A stretch of 60,403 nucleotides of DNA. Origin: Candidatus Adlerbacteria bacterium. GTDB taxonomy: Bacteria; Patescibacteriota; Minisyncoccia; Phycocordibacterales; SBAW01. Location of the stretch: the NCBI GenBank assembly GCA_037135035.1, contig JBAXLB010000004.1, positions 1-60,403 of the forward strand, given 5' to 3'. Shown piece by piece: positions 28,289 to 37,198 of the stretch; within the stretch, counting starts at the first letter, position 1; the number at the start of each line of letters is the position of its first letter. The position numbers and the translations under genes were made by a program. The notes beneath the pieces were generated by a model. That model was not told the origin of the DNA. It worked only from the letters and a program-made list of their open reading frames with translations, and searched no databases.

Positions 28289-28314
28289 CCGAACCGCAGG
28301 AGTTTTGAGGTCTC

Positions 28315-28710
28315 CTAACCTTTGGCCGCCTTCTTCGCGGCCTCCTCCTCGTTGCACGCTTGTGCAGCGAGGAGGACTTTGTAGACCTCCTCCAGCGCCT
28401 CCTTTTCGTTGGCGACGGAGGCGTAGTCGCGAACGCCATAGTCGTAGCCCTCGATCTGCTTGCGGCGGATGATTAGGAGGTCTCCGACCTCCTTCATCCC
28501 TATGACGGCAATGCCGTCGTAGCGCGTCGCGCAGAGGAACACTGGGGTCTCGGCCAACTCGGTTGGCCAATCGTTGCCACCGGTGACCTTCCACAGGCAT
28601 TCGCCTGGAAAGACGGTCTGGGTGAAACGCGACCAGACCGTCTCATGGTTGACGATTGCCTTGATGTTGGAAATCGCGCGGCGAACTTTGCGGGGAAGTG
28701 CAGCATTCAT
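28315..28710 (-). CDS. hypothetical protein (GC-rich orphan)
   Basis: ORF 28315..28740. ATG 28710 is preceded by the RBS GAGGAG (cgaggagaaagactATG). 131 aa, no family recognised. Confidence 0.55.
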   Translation of the reverse strand: MNAALPRKVRRAISNIKAIVNHETVWSRFTQTVFPGECLWKVTGGNDWPTELAETPVFLCATRYDGIAVIGMKEVGDLLIIRRKQIEGYDYGVRDYASVANEKEALEEVYKVLLAAQACNEEEAAKKAAKG

Positions 28711-28790
28711 AGTCTTTCTCCTCGAAACGGAGTCCTGCAACCTGCAGGTCGGTTGGCCCGAAATAGGCCTTTTAAAGAACGACCTATGTA

Positions 28791-28818
28791 TTATTACATA
28801 TATTGATACTTATGTCAA
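28791..28818 (-). promoter_or_regulatory. sigma70-like promoter for 28315..28710
   Basis: Minus strand TTGACA-16 nt-TAATAA(T). Confidence 0.55.
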
Positions 28819-28835
28819 GTATTTCTACTACATAC

Positions 28836-28866
28836 ACAAAAAACCTTGCAAAATAAGGGTTTTTTG
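28836..28866 (-). terminator. terminator downstream of the HisRS-like gene
   Basis: AAAAAACC(C)TT-loop-AAGGTTTTTT hairpin flanked by A and T runs. Confidence 0.6.
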
Positions 28867-28891
28867 GGTTTGAGAAACAGGAGACCAGTGC

Positions 28892-30037
28892 CTAGGCCTT
28901 AATTGTTTTAAGAAAGCGGGGGAGGGCGGAGAGCTGCAAAATTGTTTGCGAGGAATTGGTAGACGAACGGACAATGATGGTGCCGTCCAAGGCCTCGCGT
29001 TGGCCCATTATTAAAAGATGTGAGACGCCTTGTGCTTTTGCCGACTCGAGCTGGGTGCCGAGGCTCTTTGCATCAAATGACTGCGAGACAGACACGTTTG
29101 CACTGCGGAGCATGTCGACAACCTGGAGGCCTTCCAGCTTGGCGCGGAGGCCGAGTTGTACAAAGTATACTTTTGGCATTTTTGCCGAAGGGGCTGGGGT
29201 AAAGTTGGCGCGGACTGTGCCTTTTTTACGGAAGAAGACGCTCGCAGAGACTGCACTGCCGTCTTTTTTACCGGTTAGTTTGCGAACATATTCGTCATAG
29301 CGGCCACCCATAGCCGAAAGTACCGTTGCGTCTTCGCCTACCAGGTCGAGCGCAAAGACAATGCGCGGCTCGCGGTCGTCGCCCACAAGTAGGTCGTCGA
29401 GTTCGTACGGGAAACCGAGCCTCTCGACATGTTCGAGCACTTCGCGGAAATGGCCGCGGCTTTTTTCGGAAAGGAAGTTCATCGCACGCGGGCCGTCGCT
29501 CAAAATTTGGCGACATGTCTCGCCGGTGCAGTTGTACAAAGCAAGTGGGTCTTTTGCCAACATCGCACGGCACCCTTCGTCTAAATTGTTTGCGTGTTTG
29601 CGGACGTAGCCCGAAAGCTCGCGTTCGAAGCGTGCTTTGGAGTCGCGGTCGCCTAGTGCGTTAACGCGTACGCGCGAAACAGTTGCGCCCCACTCGGTCA
29701 TAATTGCAAACAATGTTTTGAGCAAAATAACTTCGCCTAAGCTCTCTGGTGAGCCAACCACTTGAAGTCCAAATTCGCCCGTGTCTTTTGGAATGTAGCT
29801 TGCAGGCACGTGCGAAGGAGTTGGGGTTGCATAAAAAGCGAGTACGGGGTCGGTTGGTTTTTGTATGACGCATGAGGCGCAGGTTTGTGCAGTTGAGCCA
29901 AAAGAATGTACGCCGCGCACGCGGTCGGCACGGGGGATGCCACGTTCAACTTCTCTCATGGGGCGGAACCCGTAAAAGGAAGAAACGTCGGCAGCATGTT
30001 TGATAAACAGCGCGGGAGAGAGTTCTTGTGGTGACAT
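28892..30037 (-). CDS. histidyl-tRNA synthetase-like protein with degenerate catalytic motifs (HisS/HisZ family)
   Basis: It retains EFGLQVVG (motif 2 tail), NALGDR, GGRYDEY (motif 3) and a C-terminal anticodon-binding-like domain (VYFVQLG...HLLIMGQRE). I could not find the LRPE, RYERPQ.GR and RGLDYY elements. Confidence 0.6.
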   Translation of the reverse strand: MSPQELSPALFIKHAADVSSFYGFRPMREVERGIPRADRVRGVHSFGSTAQTCASCVIQKPTDPVLAFYATPTPSHVPASYIPKDTGEFGLQVVGSPESLGEVILLKTLFAIMTEWGATVSRVRVNALGDRDSKARFERELSGYVRKHANNLDEGCRAMLAKDPLALYNCTGETCRQILSDGPRAMNFLSEKSRGHFREVLEHVERLGFPYELDDLLVGDDREPRIVFALDLVGEDATVLSAMGGRYDEYVRKLTGKKDGSAVSASVFFRKKGTVRANFTPAPSAKMPKVYFVQLGLRAKLEGLQVVDMLRSANVSVSQSFDAKSLGTQLESAKAQGVSHLLIMGQREALDGTIIVRSSTNSSQTILQLSALPRFLKTIKA

Positions 30038-30040
30038 ATG

Positions 30041-30616
30041 TTATTGAGGTTCGACTATGCTACCCGGGAAAATATTTGCAGTTTGTATGGGGAGCAGACG
30101 TAAAAAGACACGGCCAACAATATTTTCGCGAGGCACGGTTCCCCAGGAACGTGAGTCGGAGCTTTCCGGCCGGTTGTCGCCCATCACAAAGTAGTTGCTG
30201 GCGCCAACTGAGTAGTCTTTGTTGGAGCCGTCGCCTTGGTTAACAACATACGACTCGTCTAGCTGCACTGTGCTGCCATCAGCCTTGGAAACAGATACTG
30301 TGCCGTTTAACACATGAACAGTTTCACCCGGCAAACCAATGATGCGTTTGATAAAAAATTGTGTCGGATCTTTAGGATAACGGAAAACAATAACGTCGCC
30401 GCGTTTGGGTTGTTCAAAATGGTAGGTTGCTTCGTCGATTATTAAGTATTGTGCGTCCTCGAACGTTGGTACCATCGATGCACCCGACACAATGAACGGT
30501 TGCGCGATAAACAGTCGCGTAGGGAGGACAATGACAAGTGCGACGAGAGCGAATTTGAGGAGTTCTGTGAAAAAATTCTCACGTTTTTCCTCTGGCATGA
30601 GAACATTGTAGTTCAC
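30041..30616 (-). CDS. lepB: signal peptidase I
   Basis: SGASMVPTF (catalytic Ser), GDVIVFRYP, IKRIIGLPGE, VMGDNRPESSDSR. Confidence 0.9.
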   Translation of the reverse strand: MNYNVLMPEEKRENFFTELLKFALVALVIVLPTRLFIAQPFIVSGASMVPTFEDAQYLIIDEATYHFEQPKRGDVIVFRYPKDPTQFFIKRIIGLPGETVHVLNGTVSVSKADGSTVQLDESYVVNQGDGSNKDYSVGASNYFVMGDNRPESSDSRSWGTVPRENIVGRVFLRLLPIQTANIFPGSIVEPQ

Positions 30617-30756
30617 TCTTTGGAAGATGCAAGTTTTTGATAGAACCGAAGCAAAAGTTCTTGAAAAAATAGTCTGGCCTCGCCCAAGCGAGGAGACACG
30701 AGGACTTTTTTGAGAGAAGCTTTTGTGCAGGTTCTATATGGTAGACTAGTTTTTAC

Positions 30757-31314
30757 ATGAACTGGATAATCGCAGGCCTTGGCAACCCGGGAGATGACTA
30801 CGTTGGCACGCGCCACAACGTTGGGCGCGAGTTTTTGCAAGCAATTGAGAAAAAAGAATGCGAAAACGGCAAGATGTTTGGTAAAAAAGTTACCATTGTC
30901 ACACCTGATACGTACATGAACAACTCCGGGCTCGCGTTTAAGAAGCTCGTGACTTCTAAAAAGCAGGCCGAACAGTTTGTGGTGTTGCAAGATGAACTCG
31001 ACTTGCCTCTTGGCAAAGTAAAACTTTCGTTCGGGTCGTCGTCTGGCGGACACAACGGCATTAATTCTATTCATACAGCTCTTAAAACTAAAGACTTTGT
31101 GCGTATCCGCATTGGTATTTCTCCAGCTACTCCAAGCGGCAAACTCAAAAAACCGACAGGCGAAGAAAAGGTAGTTGACTTTGTATTGGGGAAATTTAAA
31201 GCAACGGAACAGGACAAATTAAAGAAAGCTAAAAAACTTGTTCGCGACGCACTTGAACTACTTGTGACCGAAGGCCGCGAAAAAGCAACAATGGAAATTC
31301 ATTCGCGTAACTAA
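30757..31314 (+). CDS. pth: peptidyl-tRNA hydrolase
   Basis: IIAGLGNPGDDYVGTRHNVG, GGHNG. Confidence 0.9.
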   Translation: MNWIIAGLGNPGDDYVGTRHNVGREFLQAIEKKECENGKMFGKKVTIVTPDTYMNNSGLAFKKLVTSKKQAEQFVVLQDELDLPLGKVKLSFGSSSGGHNGINSIHTALKTKDFVRIRIGISPATPSGKLKKPTGEEKVVDFVLGKFKATEQDKLKKAKKLVRDALELLVTEGREKATMEIHSRN

Positions 31315-31316
31315 AC

Positions 31317-31733
31317 ATGGAGCGCGCCATAGACATCCATAAAGCATCAGGAGTTTTGATACAAGATAGAAAATTTCTTATTGTGCGCCAAACAGGAAAG
31401 AAGTTTTTTGTGGCGCCAGGCGGCAGGGTAGAAGCAGGCGAGACTGTAGTAGACGCACTGAAACGGGAATTGAAAGAAGAACTTACGATAGACGTTGGCG
31501 TCTCTGACCTAGAGGAGTTCGGAACATTTTATGCCCCGGCAATTGGCGAAGAGAATAAATATCTCCAGTCGGATGTCTTTTTGGTCACCAAATGGAGTGG
31601 AACTATTGCTCCTGCGAGCGAAATAGAAGAAGTGATGTGGATTAATTCTGTTTTGCCTCCGGGCGTTGAACTGGGTTCAATTTTTCACCACGACGTGCTT
31701 CCAAAGTTGAAAGAGCTAAATCTTATCGACTAA
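31317..31733 (+). CDS. NUDIX hydrolase
   Basis: Nudix box GGRVEAGETVVDALKRELKEELTI. Confidence 0.85.
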   Translation: MERAIDIHKASGVLIQDRKFLIVRQTGKKFFVAPGGRVEAGETVVDALKRELKEELTIDVGVSDLEEFGTFYAPAIGEENKYLQSDVFLVTKWSGTIAPASEIEEVMWINSVLPPGVELGSIFHHDVLPKLKELNLID

Positions 31734-31734
31734 C

Positions 31735-31767
31735 AAAAAACTCTCAGCTTTAAGCTGAGAGTTTTTT
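31735..31767. terminator. bidirectional terminator
   Basis: AAAAAA-CTCTCAGC-TTTA-GCTGAGAG-TTTTTT between convergent genes. Confidence 0.8.
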
Positions 31768-31870
31768 GTTTTAGATGGTTTGAGAAATTATTTCTTCCCC
31801 TAACACCTATTTCGCTTCGCTCAATAACGGTGTTTGCTGTAGGACAGCACCGGATAAAAAATAGAGCAGT

Positions 31871-32959
31871 CTATTTTTTATCTCCTCCAAACGAAAGTGC
31901 CATGCGCATTTCTTTTGGATCAAACAAAGAGATAGTGAATGGATAGCGTTTGCCAAGTTCGAGTGCTTGGCGGAGTTTTTCTTCCGAGCCAAACTCCGAC
32001 ACGTGTACCAAGCCCGCAATACCTTCTTCGATGCTTGCGAGTGCCCCGTGCTTGTTGAACTTAATGACAACACCTTCGACTTTGTCGCCCTTGTTGTATT
32101 TGCCCACAGCGTCTGTCCACGGGTTGCTCTTAAGTGCTTTGACCGAAAGCGAAACTTTGCCGTCTTTGATGTCGATAATTTTTACTTTTACCTTGTCACC
32201 AACTTTAAAGAAGTGGCGTGGGTCGTCCACCAAGCCCCAGTCAATTTCTGAAATGTGGACCAAACCTTCCAAGCCTTCTTCGAGTTTAACGAAGACGCCG
32301 AAGTCCACCATGCCGGTAACTTCACCTTCGACAGCGTCGCCAACCATGTAGTGTTCGATGATTTCCTTCTTTTCTTTATCATCCGCGCCTTTTTCAGAAA
32401 AAATAAGCTTACCTTCTTTTGGAATTGCAGAAATAAGGGATACAGGAATTTTCTGACCAACCAATTTGCGAAGTTCGTCCAAAATGCGGTCCTTGTCGCC
32501 GTCGGTAACACGTGGATAGTGTTCAGCTTTGAGTTGAGATGCGGGGAGGAAGCCGGCGATACCCTGCCATTCCAAGATAAGGCCACCTTTGTTTGCTTCC
32601 TTAACAGTAAGGTCAAACTGAGTTTTGTTTTTAACTGCGTCTTCCGCCTCGGCCCACAAAATTGCCTGGCGAGCTTCTTTGAGTGAAAGCTCGATATAGC
32701 CGTCTTTGGTGTCGGTTGCAATAACTTTTGCCGAAACGGTGTCGCCAACGTTGGTGCGTTTGATAACCTCGCGCGCGTTCATGTATTCGCGGCCGTAAAT
32801 GACACCAGTACCAAACGGTGGGAGGTCGATATAGAGGCGTGCGCGGTCGAGTGCGATAACGTGACCTTCTATAATGTCGCCTTCTTTGGGCGGCATAACG
32901 GCCTTGTCTGCAAGCGCAGACATAAGGGTAGGGGCAATGACTTCTTCAGTAGTTTGCAT
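31871..32959 (-). CDS. rpsA: 30S ribosomal protein S1 (four S1 domains)
   Basis: Repeated S1/OB motifs (G.V......GL.V.......GF.P.S, GLVHISEI, GLVHVSEF). Confidence 0.85.
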   Translation of the reverse strand: MQTTEEVIAPTLMSALADKAVMPPKEGDIIEGHVIALDRARLYIDLPPFGTGVIYGREYMNAREVIKRTNVGDTVSAKVIATDTKDGYIELSLKEARQAILWAEAEDAVKNKTQFDLTVKEANKGGLILEWQGIAGFLPASQLKAEHYPRVTDGDKDRILDELRKLVGQKIPVSLISAIPKEGKLIFSEKGADDKEKKEIIEHYMVGDAVEGEVTGMVDFGVFVKLEEGLEGLVHISEIDWGLVDDPRHFFKVGDKVKVKIIDIKDGKVSLSVKALKSNPWTDAVGKYNKGDKVEGVVIKFNKHGALASIEEGIAGLVHVSEFGSEEKLRQALELGKRYPFTISLFDPKEMRMALSFGGDKK

Positions 32960-33052
32960 ATTGTTTTGTACGATGGGGTTTCGGGTCAGACCCCGAGGCT
33001 ACCTCCATGCGCTTTAATTGATAATTACTCGCGAACCGATGTAATTGCTCCA

Positions 33053-33080
33053 AATATACAAGATATAGAGGATTTTGCAA
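33053..33080 (-). promoter_or_regulatory. sigma70-like promoter upstream of rpsA
   Basis: Minus strand TTGCAA-16 nt-TATATT, about 90 nt upstream of the rpsA ATG. Confidence 0.5.
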
Positions 33081-33089
33081 GGAAGGTAT

Positions 33090-33335
33090 GAAAAGTTTGA
33101 AGTCCCGGCGATATTACTCGCCGGGACCCCATAGTAGACACGTATTGTGCAAGGGATCACCTCGCGTGGGAACGGGCCGAAGCCCGTTAGCCCTAGCTGA
33201 ACCCGAAAGGAGCCTCCTTTCGTCGGGTGGGAGGACCGTGAATGGCGATGTTGTCGAAAGCCACTTGCGTCATACTCCCTCCTGCTCAAGAACTCGCTCA
33301 TGACCGCCAAAATCTACGACGGTCAATTGCACAGT
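33090..33335 (-). ncRNA. candidate structured RNA of unknown class
   Basis: GC-rich block with no plausible long ORF. Minus-strand hairpins are AACGGGC-TTCG-GCCCGTT (UUCG loop), CCC.GAAAGGA-GGC-TCCTTTC.GGG, TGACCG..CGGTCA, and a terminal GTCCCGGCG-AGTAATAT-CGCCGGGAC followed by TTCAAACTTTTC. A possible -10 TATACT lies at 33342-33347. Confidence 0.35.
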
Positions 33336-33373
33336 ACCATAAGTATAAAATTTTTGTCGAGTGGGTCGATGTG

Positions 33374-33413
33374 AAAAAGAAAAGGCCGTCCGACTGTAAG
33401 AAGTCGTCCGGCC
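33374..33413 (-). terminator. rho-independent terminator
   Basis: Minus strand GGCCGGACGACT-TCTTAC-AGTCGGACGGCC (10/12 bp) followed by TTTTCTTTTT. Confidence 0.6.
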
Positions 33414-33435
33414 GTGATGCTGGTGTTGCCGTCGG

Positions 33436-33609
33436 TCAGGGGTGGTCGCTCTGTTGTTGGTCCTGAATGTCCTGCTGCTGCATTTGTTGCATCTGCCGAC
33501 GGACAGGCTCGTACATGCTCTGCACAGGGGAGGGCGTTACGGTGCCGGTAATCCCTCGGCTTTCGTCCGGGTCCGTCTCGGTGGCTTGGTCTGAAGAACT
33601 CACTGTCAC
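33436..33609 (-). CDS. possible 57-aa acidic, Q-rich micro-protein
   Basis: Below the ORF-track cutoff. GTG start 8 nt after GAGGAG. Sequence is VTVSSSDQATETDPDESRGITGTVTPSPVQSMYEPVRRQMQQMQQQDIQDQQQSDHP, followed by a terminator. Confidence 0.3.
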   Translation of the reverse strand: MTVSSSDQATETDPDESRGITGTVTPSPVQSMYEPVRRQMQQMQQQDIQDQQQSDHP

Positions 33610-33711
33610 TACTGCATCTCCTCTGTGTTACGAAGTACGGGGTACTATACACGCTTACTTTTTTGTGTCAAATCGATATTATTTTCATAAAATTCATGCT
33701 ATAATTAACAT

Positions 33712-34332
33712 ATGGTCATTAGCTACATGGGAGGCGAATGTTTTAAAATTTCGCAAGGCGAACTTACACTCGCGTTTAACCTCCCCGGTAAAAACTCCAA
33801 ACAAAAAAGCGTAAAATTTGGCTCCGACATTGTGCTTGTCAGCCAAGACCACGAAGATTTTAACGGAGTCGAGTTTGCAGCATTTGGCGAACGCGAACCG
33901 TTTGTTATTAAAGGCCCTGGCGAATATGAAGTTAAAGAAATCGCCGTCCGTGGCTTTGGTTCAGAAACAAACTACGGTGGGGGGGTACACATAAACACTA
34001 TATATGGTGTTGCGTTTGAAGGTATGAACCTCTGCTTTTTGGGCTCGCTGGGTACAACCGACTTACCATTGGCTGCCAAACAAGAGCTCGACAACATCGA
34101 CATGTTGTTTTTGCCGATAGGCGGTAACGGTGTGCTCGACTACGCACAAGCGTACAAACTGGCGGTACAATTGGAACCGAAGGTAATTATCCCGATGCAC
34201 TACGACGCCGCGGCCCTGAAGTCTTTTTTGAAAGAGGCCGGGTCTGAAAAAACAGAAGCGGTAGACAAATTTACCGTCAAGAAAAAAGACCTCGAGGGTA
34301 AAGAAGGCGAAATTGTCGTTCTTGCGGCATAA
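33712..34332 (+). CDS. metal-dependent hydrolase, MBL fold (UPF0173-like)
   Basis: GGECFKI......LAFN, SQDHEDFNG, LPIGGN and PMHY fit the UPF0173/MBL family. Confidence 0.65.
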   Translation: MVISYMGGECFKISQGELTLAFNLPGKNSKQKSVKFGSDIVLVSQDHEDFNGVEFAAFGEREPFVIKGPGEYEVKEIAVRGFGSETNYGGGVHINTIYGVAFEGMNLCFLGSLGTTDLPLAAKQELDNIDMLFLPIGGNGVLDYAQAYKLAVQLEPKVIIPMHYDAAALKSFLKEAGSEKTEAVDKFTVKKKDLEGKEGEIVVLAA

Positions 34333-34355
34333 TATAATCACTCTATTAATATTGT

Positions 34356-34697
34356 ATGAAACGATATTTTAACCACATAAAGTTGCAGACGCCCCACCAG
34401 CGCAGACAACATTCTGCACAGGTTGCGGGCGTGTTTACAGCACTTGCATTTGTTGTGTGGATAACAACACTCGGCTTCCGTTTTTCTGTTACGGCAAATG
34501 GCCCCACAACTGTTGCGGGCGCAGATGGGCAGTCGCAAACGGCAAGCGTCTTTGACGGCCTCTCACCAGCAGAAAACACATTGGTGCCAGTGGGGGCTGC
34601 ACCAAATACAAATAGTGATACAAGTGCTGGTGCAGGCGCTGACACTATGACACCAGTGCCAAACAGTTATTACAGCGATTACGGAGGCACACAATAA
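34356..34697 (+). CDS. single-TM hypothetical protein with low-complexity ectodomain
   Basis: 113 aa. TM helix VAGVFTALAFVVWITTLGF followed by a T/G/A/P-rich tail. Confidence 0.45.
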   Translation: MKRYFNHIKLQTPHQRRQHSAQVAGVFTALAFVVWITTLGFRFSVTANGPTTVAGADGQSQTASVFDGLSPAENTLVPVGAAPNTNSDTSAGAGADTMTPVPNSYYSDYGGTQ

Positions 34698-34714
34698 GAT
34701 AGATACGACTTTTT

Positions 34715-37192
34715 ATGGCTAAAGAAATTCATTCGCCCACAGGCGACTCAGAAAACAACGGAGGTACAGGCGTCGTAGGGCGCAATATTTCGACAGAGAT
34801 GCGCGAGTCGTACTTGGACTACGCAATGTCGGTTATAACCTCGCGTGCCTTGCCTGACGTGCGCGACGGGCTAAAGCCGGTGCACCGCCGTATTTTGTAC
34901 GCCATGCATCGTATGGGTTTGACCCCAGGCGCACGCTTCCGTAAGTCGGCCGCAGTAGTTGGAGATGTGCTGGGTAAATACCACCCGCACGGCGACGCGT
35001 CGGTGTATGACGCGATGACAAAAATGACGCAAGACTTTGCGATGCGCTACCCGCTTGTGCTTGGCCAGGGAAACTTCGGCTCCATCGACGGCGACTCTCC
35101 CGCTGCAATGCGTTACACCGAAGCAAAAATGTCCCGCATCGCGGAACTTTTGCTCGGCGACTTGGAAAAAGACACGGTGCAGTGGCGCCCAAACTACGAC
35201 AGCACCTTGCAGGAGCCGGAAGTATTGCCCGCAGCTGTGCCAAACATTTTGCTTAACGGCACACTTGGTATTGCCGTTGGTATGGCAACGTCTATCCCAC
35301 CACACAACTTGGGCGAGCTTACCGAGGCTCTTACACATTTGATAGAAAACCCTGACGCAACAGTGGAAGACTTGATGCAGTTTGTGTCAGGTCCCGACTT
35401 TCCAACAGGGGCCGTCGCGTTTAATAAAACAGATTTGTTGCACGCATATTCAACCGGTAAAGGTGGTGTTGTCGTACGCGGCAATGCAGAAATTGTTGAA
35501 GACAAAAAAGGCAACTTCCAGATTGTTGTCACCAGCATCCCGTACCGTGTTAACAAGGCTGACCTTATCATGCGCATTGCCGACTTGGTGCGCGACAAAA
35601 AAATCGAAGGTATTCGTGGGCTCCGCGACGAGTCGACCAAAGACATTCGTGTTGTTATCGAACTGAAGGTTGGTGGCCACCCGCAAAAAGTACTCAACTA
35701 TTTGTACAAGCACACAGCGCTTGAAGACACTTTCCACTTCAACATGGTTGTGCTTGTCGACGGTGTGCCGCAGACACTGTCGCTCAAAGGAATTCTCCAA
35801 GAATTTATCAAGCACCGCAGGGAAGTTGTTAAACGCCGCACGGAGTACGACCTACGTAAAGCACAAGAACGCGAGCATATTTTGCTTGGCCTCTCGAAAG
35901 CGCTCGACCATATCGACGAAGTTATCAAAACTATTAAAGCGTCGAAAGACGTCCACGAGGCAGAGCTGAACCTCGTTAAGAAATTTAAATTCAGCAACTT
36001 GCAGGCCCAAGCGATTTTGGAAATGCGCCTGTCGCGCCTTGCCAACCTTGAACGTAAGAAAATCGAAGACGAGCTTGCTGAAGTGCAGGCAGAAATTGCC
36101 GAGTGGACCGCGCTCCTTGCAAGCGACAAAAAAATGCTCGGTGTAGTTAAAAACGAAATTGTTGCAGCCGCTGGCCGCTTTGGTGACGACCGCAAAACAA
36201 AAGTTATCAAAGGCGCTGCCGGTGTGATTAATGTCGAAGACCTTGTCGCCGACGAAGAGCAAGTGTTGGTGTTGACCGCGGGTGGCTATGTAAAACGTAC
36301 CAACCCAGAAGAATATAAGCGCCAAAAGCGTGGCGGCGTTGGGGTTATCGACCTCAACACCAAGGAAGAGGACTTTGTTACCACCTTCCTTACAACGTCG
36401 ACCCACAGCGACCTGCTGTTTTTCTCGGACCTTGGTAAGGCGTACCAAATTAAATTTTACGAACTTCCCGAAGGCAAACGTTCGACCAAGGGTAAGGCAG
36501 TGGTGAACTTCCTTTCAATAACCGATGCAGAAAAAATATCGTCGGTGTTGCCGATGCGCAAAAATGACAAAGAAGGTGAGCGCTTCTTGTACATGGTAAC
36601 CAAGCAAGGCGTTACCAAAAAAGTTGATGCGACCGCGTTCCACGATGTGCGCCGTAGCGGTTTGATTGCAATGAAGTTGCAAACAGGCGATGAACTTATC
36701 GCCGCGCTGCTTGTGGAAAAAGGCGACGAGATATTCCTCTCTTCCGCAAAAGGCCAATCAATTCGCTTTAAAGAAAGTGACATCCGCACCATGGGCCGCA
36801 CCGCCGGTGGCGTACGCGGTATGAAGCTCGGAAGCGGCGACAGCATTGTCGGCGCGGACGTTATCCGCAAAGGTGCAAAAAATGTCGAGGTGTTGGTAGT
36901 TTCCAAAAACGGATACGGCAAGACAACTCCGGCTGCAGAATATAAAGTACAAAACCGCGGCGGCTCGGGAATTAAAACAGTAAAAGTAACTCCAAAGACC
37001 GGCAACTTAATTGCTGCACGCGTTATCAGCAAGACAGAAGAAAATGATATCGAAATTGTTATCATCTCCAAAAACGGACAGGTCATCCGCACAGGCGTGA
37101 ACGAAATTCCGTCCCTCTCCCGCGGCACTCAAGGCGTCCGCGTCATGAAACTCCGCGACGGTGATGCTATTGCAAGCTTCGTGTGTTTGTAA
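34715..37192 (+). CDS. gyrA: DNA gyrase subunit A
   Basis: [46 protein letters not shown] (catalytic Tyr) and C-terminal beta-pinwheel repeats. Confidence 0.95.
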   Translation: MAKEIHSPTGDSENNGGTGVVGRNISTEMRESYLDYAMSVITSRALPDVRDGLKPVHRRILYAMHRMGLTPGARFRKSAAVVGDVLGKYHPHGDASVYDAMTKMTQDFAMRYPLVLGQGNFGSIDGDSPAAMRYTEAKMSRIAELLLGDLEKDTVQWRPNYDSTLQEPEVLPAAVPNILLNGTLGIAVGMATSIPPHNLGELTEALTHLIENPDATVEDLMQFVSGPDFPTGAVAFNKTDLLHAYSTGKGGVVVRGNAEIVEDKKGNFQIVVTSIPYRVNKADLIMRIADLVRDKKIEGIRGLRDESTKDIRVVIELKVGGHPQKVLNYLYKHTALEDTFHFNMVVLVDGVPQTLSLKGILQEFIKHRREVVKRRTEYDLRKAQEREHILLGLSKALDHIDEVIKTIKASKDVHEAELNLVKKFKFSNLQAQAILEMRLSRLANLERKKIEDELAEVQAEIAEWTALLASDKKMLGVVKNEIVAAAGRFGDDRKTKVIKGAAGVINVEDLVADEEQVLVLTAGGYVKRTNPEEYKRQKRGGVGVIDLNTKEEDFVTTFLTTSTHSDLLFFSDLGKAYQIKFYELPEGKRSTKGKAVVNFLSITDAEKISSVLPMRKNDKEGERFLYMVTKQGVTKKVDATAFHDVRRSGLIAMKLQTGDELIAALLVEKGDEIFLSSAKGQSIRFKESDIRTMGRTAGGVRGMKLGSGDSIVGADVIRKGAKNVEVLVVSKNGYGKTTPAAEYKVQNRGGSGIKTVKVTPKTGNLIAARVISKTEENDIEIVIISKNGQVIRTGVNEIPSLSRGTQGVRVMKLRDGDAIASFVCL

Positions 37193-37198
37193 GAATAT

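Noticed and set aside
30613-31074. 153-aa minus-strand ORF
   Set aside because: It overlaps the well-supported pth gene in antisense and the lepB/pth divergent promoter region.
33090-33335. tmRNA, SRP RNA, 6S RNA or T-box identity for the structured intergenic block
   Set aside because: GGCTTTCGAC resembles the tmRNA 5' region, but there is no GGGG acceptor, no matching 3' T-arm/ACCA end and no alanine-rich tag. The SRP helix-8 motif and the T-box GGTGGTACC motif are both absent. It is kept only as an unknown RNA candidate.
35194-37128. Several 120-220-aa minus-strand ORFs inside gyrA
   Set aside because: These are shadow frames of an intact, full-length gyrA with no independent signals.
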